From assembly GCA_964432675.1 (NCBI GenBank), contig CAYSOG010000002.1:6975-70974 (forward strand): a DNA stretch of 64,000 bases, given 5' to 3'. The number at the start of each line of letters is the position of its first letter. Within the stretch, counting starts at the first letter, position 1. Positions 35,914 to 45,278 of this stretch are shown here, one piece after another. Made by a program: the position numbers and the translations under genes. The notes beneath the pieces are model-generated. The model was not told the DNA's origin, did not search any database, and saw nothing but the letters and a program-made list of their open reading frames with translations. This DNA comes from an uncultured Gammaproteobacteria bacterium (GTDB lineage Bacteria; Patescibacteriota; Microgenomatia; CAYSOG01).

Positions 35914-36270
35914 ATGCACATGATTTTTGATGGCCACGATGGTAATACCGACAAACTGGCAGATATAGAAATCATACAACAAGCGCTCAACGACTTGCCA
36001 GAGAGCATTGGTACGCAGAAGGTTTCCGAACCATATGCAATCCAATACAATGACTGCACATCTGATATACCTGGCGTTTCCGGATTCATCTCCATTCCTG
36101 ATGGTCATATTTTAATCAATACCTTTCCTGAGAAAGGGTATATCTGGGTTGATATTTTCTCTAGCAATAGCTTTGATGCAAATGTCGCGACAACCGAATT
36201 AATATACGCTTTCGACCTAGCAGAAGTTATATCAAGAGTCTTGGAACGACGGCCTATTCCTTTAGGGTAA
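35914..36270 (+). CDS. S-adenosylmethionine decarboxylase-like protein; third paralog, closest to the canonical enzyme but with Ser replaced by Gly
   Basis: DIPGVSGFISIPDGHILINTFPEKGYIWVDIFSSNSFDANVATTELIYAF aligns with [48 protein letters not shown]. The ES is replaced by DG. Confidence 0.65.
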   Translation: MHMIFDGHDGNTDKLADIEIIQQALNDLPESIGTQKVSEPYAIQYNDCTSDIPGVSGFISIPDGHILINTFPEKGYIWVDIFSSNSFDANVATTELIYAFDLAEVISRVLERRPIPLG

Positions 36271-36329
36271 GTACGAACTAAACTGACATTACCACTCACG
36301 GCTTAATTGATGGACATACTTAAGGGGCC

Positions 36330-38456
36330 TTGCACACGCAAGGTCCCTTTACTCTTGAATTCTTCCATGATACGCTAGGCGGTATGTTATCCAAAGACAC
36401 ACCAATTGCAGCGCTTGCTGGCATTGGGCCGACGTATGCCACAAAATTACAAAAACTTCATATTTTTACGGTTGGTGATTTGATTGAACATTATCCATTC
36501 CGCTATGAAAATTATGCATCAATAAAATCAATTGCCGAAACCAAAATAGGGGAGGAGGTTACAATAATTGGCACGCTTTGGGAAATTAAGAATGCTTATA
36601 CTCGCAATTACCGCATCAAAACAATTACCAAAGCACTCATCCATGACGGTAGCGGTACCATTGAAGCAGTCTGGTTTAACCAATCTTACCTTACTAAAAA
36701 TCTCCAAGCCGGTATGGAAGTTAGCCTTTCAGGTAAGCTCAAGCAAAACGGCTATAAATTGCAGCTTGTTTCGCCAGCCTACGAAATCTTAAAGTCCAAT
36801 CGCGAGACTGTTAATACCGGCCGCATTGTCCCAATTTATCCAGAAACAGAAGGGGTCACGTCACGCTGGCTAAGGACAAAGATTGCCCAATTGCTTCCAC
36901 AAATTAACCAAGATGTAACTGACTGGCTGCCGCGCCAAATTATCGAAAAAGCAGACCTATTACCGTTAGACGACGCATTGCAAAAAATCCATTTTCCTAA
37001 TGCAAAAGACGATATTATCCAATCACGAAAACGCATTGCCATTGACGAACTTCTAAAAGTCCACCTTACCGCACTAAAGCGCAAACAAGAATGGGAAGGT
37101 AAAAGCCATGGCCATGCATTTGTCATTGACCAAAAAAAAGTCCAGGACTTTATCGCACGTTTACCTTTCACATTAACAAAAGCCCAGTATCGTGTCATAG
37201 ATGAAATATTGGCTGACCTAAAAAATGATACTGCTATGAACCGCTTATTAGAAGGCGATGTCGGTAGCGGCAAAACGGTTGTCGCTGCAGTAGCAATGTA
37301 CATCGCTTTCTTAAATGGTAGACAATCAGCCATTATGGCGCCCACTGCCATACTCGCCCAGCAGCATTTCCAAACGCTTTCTAGTCTCTTAGAACCTCTT
37401 GGGTTAAAAGTCGCCCTTCTTACCGGTGGGAAACAACCAAAAGCTTCTGGTGACCAAAAATTACAAGCTTCAAGTTTCAAGCTTCAAGGAATGGATATTG
37501 TCGTTGGCACGCATGCTTTACTTTCCGAATCAACAAAGTTCAAAAATCTCGGATTTATTGTAATAGACGAGCAACATAAATTTGGTGTCGAACAGCGGGC
37601 ACTACTGCACCTCAAAGGCATAACACCACACGTTTTAACGATGACCGCAACACCAATACCCAGAACGCTTGCCCTAACACTCTATGGGAACCTTGACCTT
37701 TCTGTTTTGGATGAGATGCCAGTTGGCCGAACAAAACCGAAGACGTTTGTGGTGCCTCAGCAAAAACGACAAGATGCATACAATTTCATTGCCAAGGAAA
37801 TTACAGCAAAAAAAGTCCAGGCGTTTATTGTTTGCCCATTAATCGAGCTATCGGAAACGTTTAATACCGCAAAAGCAGCAACTGTAGAATACGAAAAACT
37901 CTCGACGGAAATTTTTCCGCAACTGCAACTTGGCTTACTCCATGGGCGCATGAGCTCCAAGCAAAAAGAAGAAACCATGGCAAAATTTCGAAGCCAAGAA
38001 CTTGATATTTTAGTTGCCACACCATTAGTCGAAGTAGGCGTTGATATTCCACATGCCACCATTATGGTCATAGAGGCAGCTGACCGGTTTGGCCTTGCCC
38101 AATTACACCAACTTCGCGGCAGAGTAGGCCGTAGGGAAGGGCAAGACGCGTTTTGCTTTTTATTTACCGAGCTCATTGGCGAAGAATCAATCAAACGGTT
38201 GCGGTCCATGGAAAAAATCTATAGTGGATTAGAACTAGCCGAAGTCGACCTACAATACCGCGGCGCAGGCAATATCTTTGGGACTGAGCAGCATGGCATT
38301 GCAACATTTAAGGTCGCCAAATTATCAAATCTCAAATTAATTGAGCAAACCAGAAAACTTGCGCAACAAATTTTTACTGACTACTACGAAAAAGGGGACC
38401 AAGAAGTCAAGGATACCGTTGATCGCTTTGACAAACGTTTAATCGAACCAAATTAG
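36330..38456 (+). CDS. recG: ATP-dependent DNA helicase RecG
   Basis: Wedge/OB domain, then helicase motifs (GDVGSGKTVVA, DEQHKFGV, TATPIPRTL, arginine finger QLRGRVGR). The start may be an internal Met (MLSKD). Confidence 0.9.
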   Translation: MHTQGPFTLEFFHDTLGGMLSKDTPIAALAGIGPTYATKLQKLHIFTVGDLIEHYPFRYENYASIKSIAETKIGEEVTIIGTLWEIKNAYTRNYRIKTITKALIHDGSGTIEAVWFNQSYLTKNLQAGMEVSLSGKLKQNGYKLQLVSPAYEILKSNRETVNTGRIVPIYPETEGVTSRWLRTKIAQLLPQINQDVTDWLPRQIIEKADLLPLDDALQKIHFPNAKDDIIQSRKRIAIDELLKVHLTALKRKQEWEGKSHGHAFVIDQKKVQDFIARLPFTLTKAQYRVIDEILADLKNDTAMNRLLEGDVGSGKTVVAAVAMYIAFLNGRQSAIMAPTAILAQQHFQTLSSLLEPLGLKVALLTGGKQPKASGDQKLQASSFKLQGMDIVVGTHALLSESTKFKNLGFIVIDEQHKFGVEQRALLHLKGITPHVLTMTATPIPRTLALTLYGNLDLSVLDEMPVGRTKPKTFVVPQQKRQDAYNFIAKEITAKKVQAFIVCPLIELSETFNTAKAATVEYEKLSTEIFPQLQLGLLHGRMSSKQKEETMAKFRSQELDILVATPLVEVGVDIPHATIMVIEAADRFGLAQLHQLRGRVGRREGQDAFCFLFTELIGEESIKRLRSMEKIYSGLELAEVDLQYRGAGNIFGTEQHGIATFKVAKLSNLKLIEQTRKLAQQIFTDYYEKGDQEVKDTVDRFDKRLIEPN

Positions 38457-38528
38457 GATTCCTCTAAAGCCTTTAAACTGCTTCATAACAGCAGTATTTA
38501 CTTCCAATAACTATGTTATGATAAATAT

Positions 38529-39179
38529 ATGCCCACCAAAAATGGATTTGGTACCCTTCTTATTGTTGGCGTTGGTGCAGTGGTTGTAGTAATCCTTTTA
38601 GGGATAATTTTAGCGCTGAACAAAACCTCGAATAAACCCAAACCGTCTGCATCACCGATTGAAACAGCAAAATCAACGAAAGAGGCAGAATTGATGCCAA
38701 GTACGACATTTAAGCCTGTGGCCACCAAGGCTGCCACTAATTCCGCAAGTAATATTTGGCGGACCTATTCTGGTAATGGTATCCAATTCCAATACCCGTC
38801 CAATTGGCATCTTACGACAAAGCCAATAGCAGGTGGCGGCAATGCCATCATCGTTTCGATCGCTAGCTCTTCGGCAAATGTCGCCCAAAGCTTATCGGTT
38901 GAAATCTACAATCCTGGTGGCACGACGCCACAAACTGCCGATGCAGCTTTTAGTGCATTAGGGTACACTAAAAGCAATATTATTATCAACAATGCCCCGG
39001 CAAGTAAATATCAGGGATATATCAATACGAACACGTTACCACTCCAAGAAACTGCTGTTGTGTTTATGGATAATAACAAGACCTACCAGATTACCTTTGA
39101 TTATTCTTCGCAGCAGTTTGATAGCCAAATCCAGCAAAACTTTACCAAATTTTTAGCCTCATTGCGAATATTACAATAG
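38529..39179 (+). CDS. membrane-anchored hypothetical protein (family A of a paralog array)
   Basis: N-terminal TM (GFGTLLIVGVGAVVVVILLGIILAL), a linker, then a C-terminal domain beginning W(R/K)TY..NGI...YP..W. Confidence 0.55.
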   Translation: MPTKNGFGTLLIVGVGAVVVVILLGIILALNKTSNKPKPSASPIETAKSTKEAELMPSTTFKPVATKAATNSASNIWRTYSGNGIQFQYPSNWHLTTKPIAGGGNAIIVSIASSSANVAQSLSVEIYNPGGTTPQTADAAFSALGYTKSNIIINNAPASKYQGYINTNTLPLQETAVVFMDNNKTYQITFDYSSQQFDSQIQQNFTKFLASLRILQ

Positions 39180-40196
39180 CCCTACTCCCGAAATAATTCC
39201 AAACACACTGTCAGTTGGCCGACTTTGGTCAATCGTACCGCCCCATTCAACTTCAGTAAAACCGATCCTTTGGGGCATTGTCATCGGTAAGATGAGCGGA
39301 TCAACTGAGATAGGCTCTTTAAGCGGCTTAAAGTAGGCTAAAAACTCAATTCTCGTATCCGGTGCGGGAGAAATAGTCACGTGGTCAGTTCGATCTTTTT
39401 CGATGGGGTCAATGACAGAAAATAAGATATACGGGCTATTTAACGCCTGCAATTTCGGCACCCAAAAGTCCAAAAATTCCCGTTGTTCATCTGGTCTCAG
39501 GCCGAATTGTCCAGTTAGCAACGTTAAGATCGGTGCAAGATCTGCAGCCTTGATAACGATGCCTGTAGTGGGCTTGATGGATGCATGTACTGATGATTCA
39601 TAATACAGTTCGCGATACGTCCGTGCCTTAAAGCTCAGTGTACCATCTGGACTGACCTCTACCCCAAACCAGCCATTACCATACAGCGGGTCGCTTTCGA
39701 CGATCGTACCGGGAATCGTTAGGGTGACATCTACTGCCAACGGCTTTGTGGGATATAAGTAGATCACCGGTTTTAACATACAATAATCTCCGTCACCTAA
39801 ATTAGAACAAACTTTTTGGCCGAATTGCTCGCACTTAAAGAGATTTTTTTGCCACGGCAGTAATCCTTGTGGATCCTTTACGCCAGCGCAATAGTGTCCT
39901 TGACAAGTGACAGTATAGTCAGGGCACTGACAATTCGGTGAAACCGGTATAGCGCTATCAGCGCTGCAAGTGTCGTTTGGTATGTAGGGTGGGGGTGAAG
40001 CGCTTGGCGTTGGTGAGGCAATTTGAAAGGTATCAAGCTGTAATCGTCTATTTGCCAGAGGTGTACCTTGCGGAGCACCGACGAGGGTTGCATGTGGCGA
40101 AGTTGTGGGTATCGCTGATGTACTGGTGAGTGAACAACCAACAAGGATGAACAGTGGTAAAAAATAAACGAGCTTTTTCATAGCTATATTAATCAT
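39171..40196 (-). CDS. lipoprotein with a Cys-rich region and a conserved C-terminal domain (family B, copy 1)
   Basis: Lipobox LVGCSLT, then a Cys-rich segment (CSADSAIPVSPNCQCPDYTVTCQGHYCAG), then the conserved block KPVIYLYP...PGTIVESDPLYGNGWFGV...YRELYYES...FTEVEWGGTID. The start is probably MKKLVYF at 40181. Confidence 0.6.
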   Translation of the reverse strand: MINIAMKKLVYFLPLFILVGCSLTSTSAIPTTSPHATLVGAPQGTPLANRRLQLDTFQIASPTPSASPPPYIPNDTCSADSAIPVSPNCQCPDYTVTCQGHYCAGVKDPQGLLPWQKNLFKCEQFGQKVCSNLGDGDYCMLKPVIYLYPTKPLAVDVTLTIPGTIVESDPLYGNGWFGVEVSPDGTLSFKARTYRELYYESSVHASIKPTTGIVIKAADLAPILTLLTGQFGLRPDEQREFLDFWVPKLQALNSPYILFSVIDPIEKDRTDHVTISPAPDTRIEFLAYFKPLKEPISVDPLILPMTMPQRIGFTEVEWGGTIDQSRPTDSVFGIISGVGLL

Positions 40197-40254
40197 GTCC
40201 GTTCACCTTCATAAAGTCAAACTCAAACGACATCGTGTGTGATAGTATAGAATT

Positions 40255-40911
40255 ATGGCCAAAAAGGATGGGTTTGGGACGATTTTGATAATTGGCATTG
40301 GCGCAGTCGTTGTTATGGTGCTCGTGGCTATTATACTTTTCCTAAATCAGTCACATACCAAGCAAATTGCTTCGACCGCGAACGGTACTGCAATTACCGA
40401 ACCTGGCAGTGAAAATCAACACGCTGTCCAAACTCCAAGGCCGTCACCCAACAAAACCAGCAGTCCAACTGCAAGTAGCAGTGCGAGCTGGAAAACATAT
40501 ACTACTAACGGCATTTCACTCAAATATCCTAACGATTGGCTGGTAAGTGCAAACCCGGTTGTCGATGATCTAGGCACAACACTTTTCGTTGCTTCGCCTG
40601 ATACCAAAACGAACACTATATTCCGGGTATACCAATACGATGCAAGAAAGGTGTCACAAGAAAAAAGTGAAAATATCTTAACAGCCATAGGGCTTAAGAA
40701 ATCATCTACGGTGATAAACGGTGTCGCAACAGTGCAATACACCGGCACACTGTCAACAACACCATATCCGACCTATGAAAAAGTAATATTATTGACTTCT
40801 GGATCAAAATATTACCTAATCAAAATGTCTTACACCGCTCCAACTCCAAACAATGCAACATTAGCAGTTTTCCAAAACATTACCAATTCGTTACATTTGG
40901 AGATGGATTAG
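40255..40911 (+). CDS. membrane-anchored hypothetical protein (family A, paralog of 38529..39179)
   Basis: GFGTILIIGIGAVVVMVLVAIILFL..., then WKTYTTNGISLKYPNDWLVS, parallel to the first copy. Confidence 0.55.
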   Translation: MAKKDGFGTILIIGIGAVVVMVLVAIILFLNQSHTKQIASTANGTAITEPGSENQHAVQTPRPSPNKTSSPTASSSASWKTYTTNGISLKYPNDWLVSANPVVDDLGTTLFVASPDTKTNTIFRVYQYDARKVSQEKSENILTAIGLKKSSTVINGVATVQYTGTLSTTPYPTYEKVILLTSGSKYYLIKMSYTAPTPNNATLAVFQNITNSLHLEMD

Positions 40912-40935
40912 CTTCGTGCAGCAAAAATAAATTCA

Positions 40936-41907
40936 TTACCGAACCAACCATTCAAGAAGCGTATTTTCCATGTTACTGCCATTATCGATTGTGCCGCCCC
41001 ATTCGACTGCAGTAAATCCTGACCGGGTTGGGATACTCGAGGGAAGTGATAATGGCGTGATTTGGGTAGGTGCTGCAAGTGGTTTAAAGTAGGCTAAAAA
41101 TTCAATCCACGTATCCGGTTTCGGTGAAATAGACACATGGTCGATGCGATCCTTTTCAATTGGGTCAATGATTGAAAACAGGATGTATGGACTATTTACG
41201 GCTTCCAGTTTTGGCACCCAATAATCCAAGAATTCCTGTTGTTCCGATGGCATTAGTCCAAGTTGCGAGGTAATAAGCGTGAGCATTGGTTTTAGCTGCT
41301 TAGTCTCGAGAATAATACCGCTAGTTGGTTTTCGAACTGTATCTACACCTGATTCATAATATAACTCTTTATACGCTTTTGACCGATACTCAAGCGAGCC
41401 ATTTGGATGCGCTAATACACCAAACCAGCCGTTCCCGTAGAATGGATCGCTTACCACGATTTTACCTGGTACGGTTACATTAACGTCCACTAGAGTATCT
41501 TTGACTGGATATAAATAGATAACTGGCTTAGCAACACAATAATGGCCATCGGCCCGGTTTTCACAAACTATGCCGTATTGCTGGCATGCCCCGCTTGTGC
41601 AAACCCCACCCGTGCAATATAAACCCTGGTCACCGCCTGAGCAATAGCAACTGCCATCGGTCGGCGTACCGGTGTCTGAGGGACATTGCCCCTGGGGCAC
41701 ACCAGGTGACGATGGCTGGGGTGTAGCCGAAGGGGTAGTAATTGCTATTTTAAATGTGTCCATTTCAAGTCTTTTGTTGGATTCACCGCTAGGCACGCCA
41801 ACAATTGTGCGATTTGGCGTAGCAGAGGGTTGTGGGGTATTGGCAGAACCGGTAATAGAACAGCTTGTCAGTAATAGGCCAAAAAACAACCAGCAAAATC
41901 GTTTCAT
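40936..41907 (-). CDS. lipoprotein with Cys-rich region and conserved C-terminal domain (family B, copy 2)
   Basis: Trimmed from track ORF 40936..42264 to the ATG at 41907 (MKRFCWLFFGLLLTSCSITG) with AGAAGG RBS. This removes a 283-nt overlap with the next gene. Conserved block KPVIYLYP...DPFYGNGWFGV...FTAVEWGGTID. Confidence 0.6.
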   Translation of the reverse strand: MKRFCWLFFGLLLTSCSITGSANTPQPSATPNRTIVGVPSGESNKRLEMDTFKIAITTPSATPQPSSPGVPQGQCPSDTGTPTDGSCYCSGGDQGLYCTGGVCTSGACQQYGIVCENRADGHYCVAKPVIYLYPVKDTLVDVNVTVPGKIVVSDPFYGNGWFGVLAHPNGSLEYRSKAYKELYYESGVDTVRKPTSGIILETKQLKPMLTLITSQLGLMPSEQQEFLDYWVPKLEAVNSPYILFSIIDPIEKDRIDHVSISPKPDTWIEFLAYFKPLAAPTQITPLSLPSSIPTRSGFTAVEWGGTIDNGSNMENTLLEWLVR

Positions 41908-41981
41908 ATGGTACCTTCTATATTGCCTTGGAATGCCCATTGTAGTCAATTGTCTATTCTGTGCAAAAGAACGATATGGCC

Positions 41982-42962
41982 CTATTGTAGGAAAGGAAGT
42001 GGGAAAGGTGATGGTTGCAATGGCGTGGTATCTATGGTACCGCCCCATTCGACTGCGGTAAAACCGTTTCGTACAGGAACTGATGACAACTGAAGCGGCG
42101 TTATTTGGACTGGTGTTACAAGTGGTTTGAAGTAGGCTAAAAACTGGATTTTCGTATCCGGTGCTGGCGTTATAGCAACATGGTCGATCTTTTCCTTCTC
42201 GACAGGGTCGATTAAAGAGAAAAGGACGTACGGCGAGTGAAGCGCTTGTAACTTCGGTAGCCAAAATGCTAGGAATTCCTGTTGTTCAGGCTCGGTTAAT
42301 CCTAACTGGCTGGTTAAAATAGATAATATCTGCGGTAATTGTTCTGTCTTGATAACTATGCCGTTTGTCGGCTTTTGGAACTGTGTAATAGCGGTTTCGT
42401 AGTATAATTCTTTGTATTGCTTCCCTTGATACGAGAGTGTTCCACTTGGATAAGCCAAAACGTTTTCCCAACCGATACCGTAGTCCGGATCGCTTACGAC
42501 GATCCTTCCTGGCGTTTGCACCTCTACAGAAACCAACATTGGTTTGCTCGGATAAAGATAGACCACAGGTTTTCCAAGGCAAAAGGTTCCACTACCGCTA
42601 CCGGTTAGGTCAGGCATCGTACACCACTGGCCGGGAGCGCCAGAACAGTCTTGTGGTGGCAATCCGTTACTTGGTGTAACCACTTTTTCGCATTGGTGGT
42701 CTTTGCAAGTTACAAGCCATACTTGACATTCACACCCAGGGCCAGCCGGTTTTCCAGCATCGTGGTTACAGTTGTCACCAGGAGTTGGGCTGGGCAAACG
42801 AAACGTATCAAGCTGTAAACGCCGGTTAGCTTGCGCATTATCATTTGGTAAACCAACCGTTGTTTGGGCAGGTGTCGCGTGGGGTAGGGGACTGCTACCA
42901 TCGCCGGTAAGCGAACAGCCGGTTAATAAAAAAACTGCTGAGAGAAGATATATTTTTTGCAT
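41982..42962 (-). CDS. lipoprotein with Cys-rich region and conserved C-terminal domain (family B, copy 3)
   Basis: MQKIYLLSAVFLLTGCSLTG lipobox. Cys-rich segment (CNHDAGKPAGPGCECQVWLVTCKDHQCEK). Conserved block KPVVYLYP...DPDYGIGWENV...FTAVEWGGTID. Confidence 0.6.
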   Translation of the reverse strand: MQKIYLLSAVFLLTGCSLTGDGSSPLPHATPAQTTVGLPNDNAQANRRLQLDTFRLPSPTPGDNCNHDAGKPAGPGCECQVWLVTCKDHQCEKVVTPSNGLPPQDCSGAPGQWCTMPDLTGSGSGTFCLGKPVVYLYPSKPMLVSVEVQTPGRIVVSDPDYGIGWENVLAYPSGTLSYQGKQYKELYYETAITQFQKPTNGIVIKTEQLPQILSILTSQLGLTEPEQQEFLAFWLPKLQALHSPYVLFSLIDPVEKEKIDHVAITPAPDTKIQFLAYFKPLVTPVQITPLQLSSVPVRNGFTAVEWGGTIDTTPLQPSPFPLPFLQ

Positions 42963-43110
42963 GGTTCATATTTATTGTTGCGTATTTGTGTTATTCATGT
43001 CAAATGATAATCCAAGCCGAAACTGGCAGCTCATAAATGAGCAAGGTCGACTTTTTCCATAACCAGGTTTGACACAACGTATATATTATGTCAAATGCCT
43101 CAAGCATTCG

Positions 43111-43139
43111 TTGACTTTCAGGAAAGGTTTTCATATAAT
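43111..43139 (+). promoter_or_regulatory. consensus sigma70 promoter upstream of rpmF
   Basis: TTGACT, a 17-nt spacer, then TATAAT (43134-43139), about 100 nt upstream of the rpmF ATG. Confidence 0.55.
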
Positions 43140-43239
43140 TACGTCTGAAAGGTTATAAAAAGGTTATTTGGTCGTTTGCATGCTCACTCATAAAGCTAGT
43201 GGGTAGCCAAACCATCAAATCCCTCTAAAAATCTCGTTT

Positions 43240-43407
43240 ATGACACCGCTTCCAAAGAAAAGACATAGTAAGTCACGCAAAAACATTCGCCGTGGTGCGA
43301 TTAAGCTTATGGTACCCAATTTGGTACTTTGTGCTAATTGTGGTGCGCCAAAATTACCGCATACAGAATGTAAAAAGTGCGGTGCTTATAAAGCTGCCAG
43401 TGCCTAA
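43240..43407 (+). CDS. rpmF: 50S ribosomal protein L32. The ORF track omitted it because it is under 60 aa.
   Basis: MTPLPKKRHSKSRKNIRRGAIKLMVPNLVLCANCGAPKLPHTECKKCGAYKAASA is a bL32 N-terminal signature with a CxxC...CxxC zinc ribbon. Confidence 0.8.
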   Translation: MTPLPKKRHSKSRKNIRRGAIKLMVPNLVLCANCGAPKLPHTECKKCGAYKAASA

Positions 43408-43456
43408 ACGCTTCACCTTACTATTGCACTAAGCCTTATATCGGCTTAATTAAAAA

Positions 43457-43876
43457 ATGAAGAAGAAAACCGACCCCAGGCATCAAGCCCGAAGACAAGT
43501 TGTCCAAAGCCTCTTTGAATGGGGTTTTCGTGGTGAAATGCACGAAGGTGATGAGAAAGCCCAAGCGATTGTAGCAATTATCCCTAGTCTAGACGCCATT
43601 ATCCAAAAAAGCGCGCCACAATGGCCACTTGACCAAATTAATAAGGTTGATTTGGCTGTCTTACGCTTGGCGATGTACGAATTATTAGTTGATATCCAAG
43701 CACCACCAAAGGTGATTATTGATGAAGCAATCGAACTTGCAAAGGAACTAGGTACCGACTCTTCCGGCAGTTTCATTAATGGTGTCTTAGGGAATGTCAT
43801 GAATAATTTTACGGCCTACCAACAAACTTTAGAGGCCGACGGTATAACAATAAGAAAGGAAAATCTCGCAGGGTGA
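43457..43876 (+). CDS. nusB: transcription antitermination factor NusB
   Basis: RHQARRQVVQSLFEW...LAVLRLAMYELL...IDEAIELAKELGTDSSGSFINGVLG matches the NusB family. Confidence 0.85.
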   Translation: MKKKTDPRHQARRQVVQSLFEWGFRGEMHEGDEKAQAIVAIIPSLDAIIQKSAPQWPLDQINKVDLAVLRLAMYELLVDIQAPPKVIIDEAIELAKELGTDSSGSFINGVLGNVMNNFTAYQQTLEADGITIRKENLAG

Positions 43877-43952
43877 AGGGGAAAGCGCAAAGGTACAAGT
43901 GCTAATCGCATAATCATCCCTTAACGCTTTACCCTTTTCCCTAGACAAAAAT

Positions 43953-44642
43953 ATGGAAACTAATTTCGCGCAGCTTGAAAAAGAAATGGGCATTACTATT
44001 AATGACCCCAAAATCATTGAACTGGCTTTTATCCACCGGTCATACTTAAACGAAAATAAGGCATACCAACAGTCAAATGAGCGCCTTGAATACCTAGGCG
44101 ATGCGATCTTATCGTTTGTTGTGGCATTGCATTTATTTAATCGTTTTCCTGAGGCCACCGAAGGGGAGTTGACCAATTACCGTGCAAGCTTAGTATCACG
44201 GAAATTTTTGGGCAATGTGGGCAATGATCTTAAGCTTGGCCAATACCTTCGTTTGGCAAAAGGGGAAGAAGAAGCTAATGGCCGCAATAACTTGACTTTA
44301 CTTTCTAACACCTATGAGGCGTTGATTGGGGCGATATTTTTAGACCAAGGGATCAAAGCGACCACTGAGATTATTGAGAAGCATGTTCTTTCATCAATTG
44401 ACGATATTGTTGAAAACAAGCTCTACCGCGATAACAAAAGTGCTTTACAAGAAAAAGCCCAAAGCCAATACCGCAAACCACCGGTTTACCATGTTGTTAA
44501 GGAAGAAGGCCCTGAACACGCTAAAGTATTTACAGTTTCAGTTTCGATTAACGGTGAAGTTATGGGCACAGGGAATGGCAAAAGTAAACAGCAGGCCGAG
44601 CAAGACGCCGCCCGCCTGGCTTTAGAAAAATTAACAACGTAA
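43953..44642 (+). CDS. rnc: ribonuclease III
   Basis: RNase III signature ERLEYLGDAIL and a C-terminal dsRBD (PPVYHVVKEEGPEHAKVFTVSVSINGEVMGTGNGKSKQQAEQDAARLALEKL). Confidence 0.9.
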   Translation: METNFAQLEKEMGITINDPKIIELAFIHRSYLNENKAYQQSNERLEYLGDAILSFVVALHLFNRFPEATEGELTNYRASLVSRKFLGNVGNDLKLGQYLRLAKGEEEANGRNNLTLLSNTYEALIGAIFLDQGIKATTEIIEKHVLSSIDDIVENKLYRDNKSALQEKAQSQYRKPPVYHVVKEEGPEHAKVFTVSVSINGEVMGTGNGKSKQQAEQDAARLALEKLTT

Positions 44643-44780
44643 ATCTTATCCCCGTTTTCATTGTAACTACGCCCATTTTTTGCTATTATTTGCCTACTCA
44701 CAAGCAATTTTGTGAGAAATTTTTGCACGTTAACTGATTATTTACCGTTTAAAAAGCATCACAAAGCAAGGAGTGTCTTA

Positions 44781-45254
44781 ATGCTCAGTCCTCAAATGAC
44801 TTTTTATTCCATTATGTGCCGTACAGGCGTCGAAGCGGTTGACCTGGTATTAAGGGAAATTGAACGCCAGGGCGGCCAACCGCCAGACCGTGATCGCGTA
44901 TTGATACAGGTCTGGAAAGCCTTTAACGACTTTATGCCCAACGAAACACCGTCATATAAGGATATTACCTTATGTCAACAATTGGGTATCGATATACCAA
45001 GGCAACATGGCAATAGCGAAGTACAACTTTTGGTAAAAGAGTCACAATTTCTTGGTAAGCTTTGTGATCTTATCATTGATGACAAAGATGAGTTACCAAA
45101 CAAATCTTCTACACCACTTCGGCTTATTATGATGGTCAAGGGCCCCCAAGTGGGTAATCTTGGCATCGAGCGGCTTACCAACCTCGGCGCTGAAACAGTA
45201 TTGGCAACGTACCATCTAGTCGAAGAAATGATACACGAAATGGTCAAGGTGTAG
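44781..45254 (+). CDS. hypothetical protein
   Basis: Track ORF trimmed to the ATG 6 nt after AAGGAG. Confidence 0.5.
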   Translation: MLSPQMTFYSIMCRTGVEAVDLVLREIERQGGQPPDRDRVLIQVWKAFNDFMPNETPSYKDITLCQQLGIDIPRQHGNSEVQLLVKESQFLGKLCDLIIDDKDELPNKSSTPLRLIMMVKGPQVGNLGIERLTNLGAETVLATYHLVEEMIHEMVKV

Positions 45255-45278
45255 CTTTCTTACAAAAGGAGAAGCAAC

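Noticed and set aside
36836-38209. 214-aa and 150-aa minus-strand ORFs
   Set aside because: Both are antisense within recG.
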